Source of the DNA: Bryobacterales bacterium
GTDB taxonomy: Bacteria > Acidobacteriota > Terriglobia > Bryobacterales > Bryobacteraceae
NCBI GenBank assembly: GCA_963725455.1
Contig: CAVRZH010000112.1
Span: forward strand, 12,600-76,599
Reading direction: 5' to 3'
DNA length: 64,000 nt
Shown here: piece after piece, positions 34,756 through 44,194 of the stretch
How the letters are laid out: each line of letters starts with the position of its first letter
Numbering within the stretch: the first letter of the stretch is position 1
The notes under the pieces: generated by a model
The model's database searches: none
What the model saw: only the letters and a program-made list of their open reading frames with translations
Told to the model about the DNA's origin: nothing
Translations under genes and position numbers: made by a program

Positions 34756-35958
34756 ATGCTTCCAGAGCAACTTCAGCTCCTATCGATGTTGTATGTGCGG
34801 CCGGTGCGCGCGGCCGGTGGAATCATCGACCGCGGACGTTTCTGGTTTGCCCTGTGTGCCGCTCTGCTGGTGCTGCTTCTGATGCCAAGCGGCATTTTCC
34901 TGCCTGCCGGTGTTCGGCCCAGCCTGTTCGCGACGATTATCTTGGCCATTGCCCCCACGTCGGTGATCAAGGTTCTGGGCACCATCGCGCTGGTGTTTGT
35001 ACCGGCGGTGATCCTGATTGTGACGATCTACCGGTGGCAGGAAAGCTTTGCAGTAATGCTGCGGCGCGACTATTTAACGCTCCTGAATTGTGTCTTATTG
35101 TCGATGGCGGCGGCATTCCTGCCGCTAGCGGTGGTGAGCAGATTTCTTCCGTTCATGGGATATGGGTTCACGCTGTTGCTTCTCGGTGCGGAGGAGATTT
35201 ATTTCCTGGTCCTTCTCACATTCTGCATACGAACGCTGTGGGGGAGCGGGCTGGCCGTGGCGGGTGGTGCGGCTGTGGTGGGTTTGGCCGCGATGCTGGG
35301 AGGCTTGGTCGCATTCGTATTGCTGGGCCCCGTGATGTACTACCTGTCGTCTCCATTCGTCTTGTTTTACGCTTACATCCTGCTTGGATCGGACCTGCAG
35401 TCCCTGGGCGAAGGTTTGCGCGCGCGCCAGCATCTGCGACGCCAGTTGGAGATCGCCGCCACGAATCCCCGCGACGCCGATGCGCACTATCAAATTGGAC
35501 TGATCTACCAACAGCGCCATCAATACGACGAAGCGAAGCAGAGATTCCAGCGCGCTATGGAGATCGATGCCAGAGAAGCAGATCCGGTATATCAGCTCGG
35601 GCGGATCGCGCTGGATGAGGAACGCTTCGCCGACGCGATCGATCTGTTGAGCCAGGCCGCGGCGTTGGACGACAAATGCAATTCGAGCGAAGTATGGCGC
35701 GATTTAGGCGTTGCGTATTTCCGATCCGGACGGCTGGAGGAGGCCCGGCTCGCTTTGAGCAAGTACGTGGAGCGCAGGGCGTACGATCCCGAAGGGCTTT
35801 ATTGGTATGGCAAAGTCCTGCTCGCATTAAGCCAACTGGACGCTGCGAAACAGCAGTTCCGGCAATGCCGTGAGGCGGTGGAAACCATGCAACCCAATCG
35901 CCGCAGGCAATTGGCGAAATGGAAGCGGTTGGCGGTCGCGGAGTTGAAGAGCCTCTAA
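34756..35958 (+). CDS. Membrane protein: N-terminal multi-TM (Yip1-like) region + C-terminal TPR repeats
   Basis: Five or more hydrophobic helices in residues ~25-230, then TPR motifs (AHYQIGLIYQQRHQYDEAKQRFQRAMEID, PVYQLGRIALDEERFADAIDLLSQAA). Confidence 0.7.
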   Translation: MLPEQLQLLSMLYVRPVRAAGGIIDRGRFWFALCAALLVLLLMPSGIFLPAGVRPSLFATIILAIAPTSVIKVLGTIALVFVPAVILIVTIYRWQESFAVMLRRDYLTLLNCVLLSMAAAFLPLAVVSRFLPFMGYGFTLLLLGAEEIYFLVLLTFCIRTLWGSGLAVAGGAAVVGLAAMLGGLVAFVLLGPVMYYLSSPFVLFYAYILLGSDLQSLGEGLRARQHLRRQLEIAATNPRDADAHYQIGLIYQQRHQYDEAKQRFQRAMEIDAREADPVYQLGRIALDEERFADAIDLLSQAAALDDKCNSSEVWRDLGVAYFRSGRLEEARLALSKYVERRAYDPEGLYWYGKVLLALSQLDAAKQQFRQCREAVETMQPNRRRQLAKWKRLAVAELKSL

Positions 35959-36725
35959 ATCGCCATCAGTCGTCGAAAATTTTCCGTGGTAGCTGCGCAG
36001 ACCTCTTCGTAAGATTCCCCGCGCAGTTCGGCCAGTTTACGCGCGGTGTGAACCATAAGCGCTGGTTCATTGCGCTTGCCCCGTTTGGGAACGGGCGCAA
36101 GATACGGTGCATCGGTTTCGATCAAGATGCGATCGCGTGGCGTGGACTTCGCCGCTTCTTGAACGACGAGCGCCTTCGGAAACGTTACGATGCCACCGAA
36201 GCTCAGATAAAAGCCGAGATCGATTGCGCGGCGCGCTTCCTCCGGCCCTCCAGAAAAGCAATGCATGATCCCGCCGATGCCGTGCTGCGTCCAATGCCCT
36301 TCGATCAGCGCCAGCGTGTCATCCCAGGCCTCCCGCGTATGAATCACGATCGGTTTCCGGGCCTGCGCCGCGATTTCCATCTGCTCAATAAACGCCGATT
36401 GTTGCACTTCACGCGGCGAAAAATCGTAGTGATAATCCAGACCGATTTCACCGACGGCGAGCACCTTGGGATGAGCGAGCAAATCGGAGAGGCGCTTAAA
36501 ATCGTCCGGGGCCGCCTTGGCGGCGTCATGCGGATGAATGCCGGCGGTGGCGAAGAAGGCCGGGTGTTTGTCCGCCATCCGAACGCCGGCTTCCAGATCG
36601 GGCGGGCCATTGCCGGTTCCGATCGCCAGCATCTGCTCCACACCGGCCGCCACCGCGCGCTCGATCACGGCATCGCGATCTTCGTCGAATTCCGCACTAT
36701 CCAGATGGCAGTGCGAGTCGATCAT
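35955..36725 (-). CDS. tatD: TatD family metal-dependent hydrolase
   Basis: MIDSHCHLD start, internal HTRE and ETDAPYL motifs. ATGA overlap with the metG stop. Confidence 0.9.
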   Translation of the reverse strand: MIDSHCHLDSAEFDEDRDAVIERAVAAGVEQMLAIGTGNGPPDLEAGVRMADKHPAFFATAGIHPHDAAKAAPDDFKRLSDLLAHPKVLAVGEIGLDYHYDFSPREVQQSAFIEQMEIAAQARKPIVIHTREAWDDTLALIEGHWTQHGIGGIMHCFSGGPEEARRAIDLGFYLSFGGIVTFPKALVVQEAAKSTPRDRILIETDAPYLAPVPKRGKRNEPALMVHTARKLAELRGESYEEVCAATTENFRRLMAI

Positions 36726-38653
36726 TTGAGACGCGCACCTACCGGTACATCTTCTAGAAATCCCGCCAGCACCGGCTTGCCGCCCTCGAGCGAGGCAGCC
36801 ACAATCATGCCGTTCGATTCGATGCCACGCAGTTTGCGCGGCTGAAGATTGGCGACGATCACTACCTTGCGGCCCAGCATCTGTTCGGGCGGATAAGATT
36901 CGGCGATGCCGGCGACTATGGTCCGCGGTTGTTCCTCGCCGATGTCCACCTTCATGTGGAGCAGCTTGTCGGCGCCTTTTACTTTCTCGGCGCTTACCAC
37001 CTGGCCGACACGCAGGTCCACTTTCACGAAATCGTCGATGTTGATTTTAGCGGCGTCGGGCGCCGCGGCAGCGCTAGTAGCAGCTTTCGAGTGTCCGAAC
37101 AACTCCGCCTGGCGCGCCTTCTCTTGCACTTCCAGGGTCTCCATCTTGACGATGGCGCTCGCGTCCAGGCGGGGAAACACGGCGGCCACCGAGCCGATCT
37201 TTTGTCCAGCCGGCAATTTACCCCAGTGCAAGTCGGCGAACGTGACGGATTCAATGGGCGACGCCATGCCGAGCTGGATCCAAATATTGCGAGCCGAGTT
37301 CGGCATCACCGGATAGACCCAGGCGCAGATGATGCGCAGGGCCTCCGCCGCGCTGTACAACGTTTCGTTCAGCTTGTTCTGCGCGAACTCGGATGTGTCC
37401 TTGCCCAGCTTCCAGGGCGCGCGCTCCACGATGAACTTGTCGATCACCGAGATGAAGCTCCACAGAGTCTCCAGGCCGCGCGAAAAATTGAAGTCGCAGA
37501 AAGCGTCCATGGTCACTTCGGTGGCGTGCCGCGCCGCCTCGGCGATGTCGGGCGACCCCGGGGAATCGGGAATCAGTCCATTGCGATATTGATGGATCAT
37601 CGTCAATGTGCGGCTGGCAAGATTTCCGAGACCGTTGGCGAGATCGGCGTTGTAGCGCTGGATCAAAGCGTCATAGCTGAAGCTGCCGTCCTGGCCAAAA
37701 GTAATCTCACGCAGCAGGAAGTAGCGCAACGCGTCGGCCCCGACCACGTCCACAATGGGACCGGGACGCACCACGTTGCCGCGCGACTTGCTCATCTTAT
37801 TTTCTTCGTGCAAAATCCAGCCGTGCGCGAAGACCTGTTTGGGCAGCGGAAGATCGGCGGCCATCAGGAACGCGGGCCAATAGACGGCGTGGAAGCGCAG
37901 AATATCTTTACCGATCAGGTGCAGATCAGCCGGCCAAAAGTCGTCCTCCTTCACCGCGCTCATGTAGGAGATCAGCGCGTCAAACCAAACGTAGAAGACG
38001 TGATGGCCTTCCACGGGCGCGCGAATGCCCCATTGCAGGCTGGTTCTGGTGATGGAGAGGTCGTTCAAGCCGCCCTGAACGAACGCGATCATTTCGTTGC
38101 GCCGGTGATCGGGCTTCACGAATTCCGGATGATCTTCGTACAACGTCAGCAACGGTTTCTGGAATGCGGAAAGCTTGAAGAAATAATTCTCCTCAGTGAC
38201 GCTCTCGGTCGGATTGCCGCAGGTTGGGCAAGGGTCGCCGGGTTGTACGTCGTTGACGTATGCTTCATCGCTGACGCAATAAGCACCGGTATAAGAGCCC
38301 TTGTATATGTAGCCGTTCTTCTCACAGCGCTCGAACAGCCAACGCACAGTGTCGTGGTGCTTGGGATCGGACGTGCGGATGAAATGGTCGTAGTCAATAC
38401 CGAGTTTGGCCCACTGGCTGATGAACTCGGCTGCCATCTTGGTGGTGTACGCCAGCGGGTTGACGCCCGCGGCTTGAGCGGCGCGCTCCACTTTCAGGCT
38501 GTGCTCGTCCGAGCCCGTGGTCAGGACCACCGGATGGTAGCCCTCCATTTTCTTGAAGCGCTTGATCAGGTCCGCGACGAACGTGGAGTAAGCGGTTCCC
38601 AGGTGCGGCGCCGCATTGACGTAATAGATGGGAGTGGTCAGGTAATATTTCAT
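36722..38653 (-). CDS. metG: Methionine--tRNA ligase with C-terminal tRNA-binding (EMAP-like) domain
   Basis: TTPIYYVNAAPHLGTAYS (HIGH region), KMSKSRGN (KMSKS), and a C-terminal OB-fold tRNA-binding domain (VDLRVGQVVSAEKVKGADKLLHMKVDIG). Confidence 0.95.
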   Translation of the reverse strand: MKYYLTTPIYYVNAAPHLGTAYSTFVADLIKRFKKMEGYHPVVLTTGSDEHSLKVERAAQAAGVNPLAYTTKMAAEFISQWAKLGIDYDHFIRTSDPKHHDTVRWLFERCEKNGYIYKGSYTGAYCVSDEAYVNDVQPGDPCPTCGNPTESVTEENYFFKLSAFQKPLLTLYEDHPEFVKPDHRRNEMIAFVQGGLNDLSITRTSLQWGIRAPVEGHHVFYVWFDALISYMSAVKEDDFWPADLHLIGKDILRFHAVYWPAFLMAADLPLPKQVFAHGWILHEENKMSKSRGNVVRPGPIVDVVGADALRYFLLREITFGQDGSFSYDALIQRYNADLANGLGNLASRTLTMIHQYRNGLIPDSPGSPDIAEAARHATEVTMDAFCDFNFSRGLETLWSFISVIDKFIVERAPWKLGKDTSEFAQNKLNETLYSAAEALRIICAWVYPVMPNSARNIWIQLGMASPIESVTFADLHWGKLPAGQKIGSVAAVFPRLDASAIVKMETLEVQEKARQAELFGHSKAATSAAAAPDAAKINIDDFVKVDLRVGQVVSAEKVKGADKLLHMKVDIGEEQPRTIVAGIAESYPPEQMLGRKVVIVANLQPRKLRGIESNGMIVAASLEGGKPVLAGFLEDVPVGARLK

Positions 38654-38663
38654 CGAAAGTTTT

Positions 38664-39824
38664 TCAAATAGTCCGGCCCTTTAGGTACGCGGTGTTTGCC
38701 TCGGCCAGGATTTGTTTGAGTGCAACGCCTGATTCACGTGCCAGCTTGCGGCAATCCTCGTATTCGGGCGCGTACGATCCGTTCTCTGCGACCTTCATTC
38801 TTACTGTACCGTGCGGCGTCGCCACGTCGATAGAATGCCGGGCCTTGACGCGGCGTTCGGCCGAATAAATCCGGAGGCCCAGCGTGGAAGTTTCCTCAAA
38901 CATCAGGCGCGCCAGCGCCTCGCGATCTTCGGGCCGCGCGATGACGCTTAAGAGCGTCCCGGGCCGGCTCTTCTTCATTTGAACGGGTGCCAGTGTCACG
39001 TCGAGCGCGCCGGCTTCGAGCAAACGCTCCATGGCGTAGCCGAGCACTTGCGGGCTGGAATCGTCGATGTTGGCTTCGAGCACCGCGACGGTTGTGGATT
39101 CATCCGCGGCGCTGGTTTCGCCGATCAGGATCCGCAGCACGTTGGCGTGTTCGGGAAAATCGTAGTCGCCCGCGCCGTAGCCGCTCGCGATCACACGCAT
39201 GGGCGGCAGCGCGCCGAACTCGCCGGCGAGCGTCGTGGCGATAGCGGCGCCGGTGGGCGTGGTGAGCTCCAGCGCTGGGCCACGCGCATAGATGGGCTTG
39301 CCGGCTAGAAGCTCGGATGTTGCTGGAGCCGGGACGGGCAGGATGCCATGCTCGGTCTTCACGGTCCCGCTTCCGACATTCACCGGTGAACTATAGACGG
39401 CGCCGATATCCAGCAAATCAAAACCAATGCACGCGCCCACTATGTCGCAGATGGAATCCACCGCGCCAACTTCATGGAAGTGAACCTTCTCGATAGAAAC
39501 GTCGTGAACTTTGGCTTCCGCCTCGCCCAGCCGTTGAAACACGGCTGACGCATTCTTTTTGGCGCGTTCCGGGATGCCGGAGCCTGCAATGATTTCGAGG
39601 ATGTGCTTCAGATGGCGATGGGTTTTGCCGTCGCCCCCGATCACGCGAAATTTCGAGGCCGCAATTCCGCGCCGCTTGGTCTTTTCCACTTCGAACCTGG
39701 CGCCGGTGCCCAGGGCTTCGAGCGATTCAACAAGCCTCTTGCTGTCGGCTCCCGCGTCGATCAGCGCGCCAACCGTCATATCTCCGCTAATCCCGGAGAA
39801 CGCGTCTAAGTAACAAATCCTCAT
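38664..39824 (-). CDS. larC: LarC family nickel insertion protein (DUF111)
   Basis: The N-terminus YLDAFSGISGDMTVGALIDAGAD and HFHEVGAVDSICDIVG are hallmark LarC/DUF111 motifs. Confidence 0.85.
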   Translation of the reverse strand: MRICYLDAFSGISGDMTVGALIDAGADSKRLVESLEALGTGARFEVEKTKRRGIAASKFRVIGGDGKTHRHLKHILEIIAGSGIPERAKKNASAVFQRLGEAEAKVHDVSIEKVHFHEVGAVDSICDIVGACIGFDLLDIGAVYSSPVNVGSGTVKTEHGILPVPAPATSELLAGKPIYARGPALELTTPTGAAIATTLAGEFGALPPMRVIASGYGAGDYDFPEHANVLRILIGETSAADESTTVAVLEANIDDSSPQVLGYAMERLLEAGALDVTLAPVQMKKSRPGTLLSVIARPEDREALARLMFEETSTLGLRIYSAERRVKARHSIDVATPHGTVRMKVAENGSYAPEYEDCRKLARESGVALKQILAEANTAYLKGRTI

Positions 39825-40543
39825 GCGATCAATTGGGGTAGCAGTTCGCCGGACGGACCTTGCAGAAATTCGTCGATTGAATCCGACAGACCGGTTTCCG
39901 CGATGTTAATCTCCACCACGCGCGCGCCCGACGATTTCGCCATGGAGGCCAAGCCCGCGGCCGGATAAACCACCGCCGACGTTCCGATCAGCAGAAACAA
40001 ATCCGCCTGGCGCGCGGCAGTTTCTGCGTCCTGCCAAACTTGTGCGGGCAATAACTCGCCAAACCAAACCACGCCCGGGCGCAGCATGCCTCCACACTCG
40101 CACAGCGGCGGGATTTCGGGAAGCGGCGTTCGACGGTCTTCGCGTTCGCTCTTGCATTCCAGGCATCGCGTCGTCCAAATGCTTCCATGCAGGCGAAGAA
40201 TGTTGCGGCTGCCTGCCAGTTCATGCAATCCGTCGACGTTTTGTGTGATCAGCGTGAACTTGCGCGCGCGCGATTCGGCGGCTGCCAGTGCATAGTGCCC
40301 CGGATTCGGTTTGGCTTGCGCGAGCAGTGACCGCCGCCAGTCATACCATTCCCAAACCAGTTTCGGATCGCGCGCAAATGCGCCCGGAGTGGCGAGGTCT
40401 TCGGCACGATACTGCTTCCACAGGCCCTGATTGCCCAAGGTGCCGCCGCGGAAGGTGGGCACACCGCTCTCGGCTGACACTCCCGCGCCGGTGAGTACGG
40501 CGATGGAGGAAGCTTCGCGCAGCCATTCGCGAACAGCGTGCAT
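39821..40543 (-). CDS. cobB: NAD-dependent protein deacylase (Sir2 family)
   Basis: GAGVSAESGVPTFRG, QNVDGLH and a Zn-binding pair of Cys pairs (CLECKS...CECGG). Confidence 0.85.
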   Translation of the reverse strand: MHAVREWLREASSIAVLTGAGVSAESGVPTFRGGTLGNQGLWKQYRAEDLATPGAFARDPKLVWEWYDWRRSLLAQAKPNPGHYALAAAESRARKFTLITQNVDGLHELAGSRNILRLHGSIWTTRCLECKSEREDRRTPLPEIPPLCECGGMLRPGVVWFGELLPAQVWQDAETAARQADLFLLIGTSAVVYPAAGLASMAKSSGARVVEINIAETGLSDSIDEFLQGPSGELLPQLIA

Positions 40544-40579
40544 TACTTTTAGAGTAACCCACGGGTCGTGAGTAGCCCA

Positions 40580-41629
40580 CTAATAAGTGGCCATTTCTTC
40601 AATCAGCCGGGCCACCAGATCGGCGGCCGGCATGGCACGCGCACGGGCAACGCCCTGGCCGGCCCACAACGATAGATAATCTGTCAGTCCTTGTTGAGCG
40701 GCAGCGTTGCGCATGGGGCGGGTGAGAGCATTCTGCAAAGGATAAGGCAGGACGAGTTCCCGGCCGTCCACGCTTGCCATAAATGCGTTCTTGAGCCCGC
40801 GCGCGGGGCGCCCGGAGAAGGCTCGTGTGACAACGGTGGAGTCTTCTTTAGCCGCGAGAATCGCGCGCTTATGCACTTCGGATGCACCCGATTCGGGACA
40901 GGGAAGAAATGCCGTCCCCAGTTGCGCCGCCGCTGCTCCCGCGTTCAATGCAGCCAGGATATCGCGGCCGTCCATCAGGCCTCCGGTGGCGATCACAGGA
41001 ACGTGTACCGCGCCGACGGTGGCGCGGACCAGATCCAGCGTCGGAATCATGCTCGATTCAAACGAATCCAGAAATGTTCCGCGGTGCGCGCCGGCTTCCG
41101 ATCCCTGCGCGACGACGGCATCCACTCCAACTCGCTCCAACTGCCGTGCCTCCTCCACTGTCGTTGCCGTGCCGAGAATCGCGATACCGCGCGCTTTAAG
41201 CCGGAAGAGCGAGTCAGGATCGGGAATGCCGAAGGTGAAGCTGAAGATGGGCGGGCGTGCAGCGAGCACCGATTCAAACTGCCCAGGGAACGGATCCGGC
41301 GCCGGACTCGGCGGGATAGGAGGGGGAATACCTAGTTTTTCGTGAACATCTTCCAGGACCGCGAGCATCGGTGCTGCATCGCAGTCGGCCCGCGCGTTCC
41401 ATCCACCGGCGAATAGATTTACGTTGAACGGCTGCGAAGTAAGCGAGCGAATCCGCCGGATCGCGCTGGTAATCTGATCGGGCGTTAAGTACGCCGCGCC
41501 GAGCGATCCCAGTCCACCCGCGTTTGAGACGGCTGCGACCAACTCCGGCGTGGAGGGCCCGCCGCCCATGGGGCCTTGGATGATAGGATGCTCGATGCCG
41601 AGAAGTTCGAGGAACTCGTTATTGCCCAC
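40580..41629 (-). CDS. Nitronate monooxygenase family flavoprotein (NMO/FabK-like)
   Basis: The N-terminal LGIEHPIIQGPMGGG and GSEAGAHRG are NMO-family motifs. Confidence 0.85.
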   Translation of the reverse strand: MGNNEFLELLGIEHPIIQGPMGGGPSTPELVAAVSNAGGLGSLGAAYLTPDQITSAIRRIRSLTSQPFNVNLFAGGWNARADCDAAPMLAVLEDVHEKLGIPPPIPPSPAPDPFPGQFESVLAARPPIFSFTFGIPDPDSLFRLKARGIAILGTATTVEEARQLERVGVDAVVAQGSEAGAHRGTFLDSFESSMIPTLDLVRATVGAVHVPVIATGGLMDGRDILAALNAGAAAAQLGTAFLPCPESGASEVHKRAILAAKEDSTVVTRAFSGRPARGLKNAFMASVDGRELVLPYPLQNALTRPMRNAAAQQGLTDYLSLWAGQGVARARAMPAADLVARLIEEMATY

Positions 41630-41681
41630 CAGTGTTCATTGTCGCGCTTCTGGATTGCTATTATCGTCCACAAAGAAGCCT

Positions 41682-42344
41682 GTGACCACAAGTTCAACAG
41701 TACTGGCGGTCCCATTCCGTTTGAATCGATTCTTGCAGGCTCTGATTGTCGCCTTGGCATTCGCGTGGACGTGGTCTGTAATTCAGCCCGCGATTCCAGA
41801 AGACAGGCTGCTCGAAAACTTGCTGGTGTTCTTGCTAGTGGCGCTACTGGTTATTTCTTATCGGTGGCTCACACTATCGGATTTGTCCTACTTGTTCATC
41901 TTGATCTTTCTTGTCCTCCACGAATGTGGCGCGCACTATCAGTATTCCGACGCGGTACCCGGGAAGTGGCTAAAGCGCGTTTTTCACACGCAGAGGAATC
42001 ACTATGATCGCGTCGTCCACTTCGCATTCGGGTTACTCCTCTCCTATCCGCAGCGCGAAATATTAGTCCGAAAAGCAGGGCTCCGCGACAGGTGGGCGTG
42101 TGCCTTACCGATTCTCACCACACTCGGCTTGGGCGCGGCATATGAGATCGTTGAAGCGGCCGTGGCCTCGATCGTCGATCCTACCGACGCGGCTGCGTTT
42201 CTAGGCATGCAGGGAGATCCGTGGGACTCGCAAGAGGATATGTTTATGGGCTTAGCGGGAGCATGTGTCGCAATGTTCGCGCTCGCGGTAGTAACGGCAC
42301 GTCAGCGCGCCAGGCTGTCGCGAGCGGCGAGCACCGTCCGATAG
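41682..42344 (+). CDS. DUF2238 (YjdF-like) membrane protein
   Basis: ISYRWLTLSDLSYLFILIFLVLHECGAHYQYSDAVPG matches the DUF2238 core. The track ORF (41550) would overlap the divergent NMO gene. I chose the in-frame GTG at 41682, so the start is uncertain. Confidence 0.65.
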   Translation: MTTSSTVLAVPFRLNRFLQALIVALAFAWTWSVIQPAIPEDRLLENLLVFLLVALLVISYRWLTLSDLSYLFILIFLVLHECGAHYQYSDAVPGKWLKRVFHTQRNHYDRVVHFAFGLLLSYPQREILVRKAGLRDRWACALPILTTLGLGAAYEIVEAAVASIVDPTDAAAFLGMQGDPWDSQEDMFMGLAGACVAMFALAVVTARQRARLSRAASTVR

Positions 42345-43449
42345 GCTTCCTCCGGGTCGTGGTTCAGCGCCGTCAGGTGTCCCATTTTGCGGCCGGGGCG
42401 GGGCTCCAGTTTGCCGTACAAGTGCAGCTTGACGCCGGGAAACGCACAGGCGGCGGCCCAATCGGGTTCGCCGTTGGCCCAGAGATCGCCCAGCAAGTTC
42501 GCCATCGCCGCGGGACGATGCATCTCGGTGGATCCCAAGGGCAGTCCACACACCGCCCGCAACTGTTGCTCGAACTGGCTGGTGACGCAAGCGTCCACTG
42601 TCAGATGCCCGGAGTTGTGCGGCCGCGGCGCCAGCTCGTTGATCAGCAGCGAGCCGTCGTGCGTCACGAAAAACTCGACGCAAAGCACGCCCACCACGTC
42701 CAGTTCTTCCAGAACGCAACGCGCCAGATCAACCGCTTCCTCGGCCACCTTGGGTGGTACGCGCGCCGGGGCGATGGACACATCCAGGATATGCCGGCTG
42801 TGCTTATTTTCGATGGCACCGTAGTGCACGAACTGGCCGTTCTCGCCACGTGCGGCGACCACCGAAATCTCGCATTGGAAATCGATGAATGCTTCAAGCA
42901 CCGCGTTCTGCTTGCCGATCGCGGCCCATGCGTCGGCCGTTTGCTCCGGCGCGTCAATCCGGAATTGACCCTTGCCATCGTAGCCGAACGCGGCCGTCTT
43001 CAGAACCGCCGGGCAGCCCAGATCGGCAAGAGCGCGATGCAAGCCTTCCAGCGAGTGCACCTCGCGATAGGGCGTGGTCGGCAGGCCGGCACGAGTCAGA
43101 AACGATTTTTCACGGATACGCTGCTGCGTGGTGTGAAGAACGAACCCGCTGGGCCGGACGGGTGCGCAGCGGGCCGCGGCCTCGGCCGTGGGTGCAGGAA
43201 CATTCTCAAACTCGAATGTAACTACGCTGACGTGCCGGGCGAAATCGGAAACCGCGTCCAGGTCGTCATAGGATGCTTGCACTTCCAAGTCCGCGACCTG
43301 GCCGGTGGGCGTGTCCTCATCCGGCGACAGCGTGTGGACACGATAGCCCATGCGCCGCGCCGCGATGGCGAACATGCGCCCCAGCTGGCCGCTTCCCAAC
43401 ACACCGATGGCGGCGCCCGGCCCAATGCAGCGGGGAGAGACCGATTGAA

Positions 43450-43453
<4 letters not shown>
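42302..43453 (-). CDS. purK: N5-carboxyaminoimidazole ribonucleotide synthase
   Basis: [13 protein letters not shown] plus an ATP-grasp core. The GTG start forms a GTGA overlap with the purE stop. Confidence 0.9.
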
Positions 43454-43932
<479 letters not shown>

Positions 43933-44194
43933 CAGCTACTGGCCTTGAAGGAGCGTGTAGCCGACCGCGCAGTTGTGGGAGTGAAGCGTTTCGGTCTTGA
44001 CCATTTCCAGATCCACTCGCGCGCCAGGATCTTGGCCGATGTGGAGGGCGCCCTCCACGATCTCCGGGCCGATTCCGACGCCATGGGCGACCGAGCTGGG
44101 GACGTTGCTGGACATAAATCGGGAACCCACCAAAATACCACGTGGGACCAATCGGCGCGCGTACAATTTGGTACGCGGTCAGTGTCGCGGTGAC

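Noticed and set aside
41550-41681. N-terminal extension of the DUF2238 ORF overlapping the divergent NMO gene start.
   Set aside because: The extension is not hydrophobic or family-like and overlaps 80 nt of the NMO coding region on the other strand. An in-frame GTG at 41682 fits better, though it is unverified.
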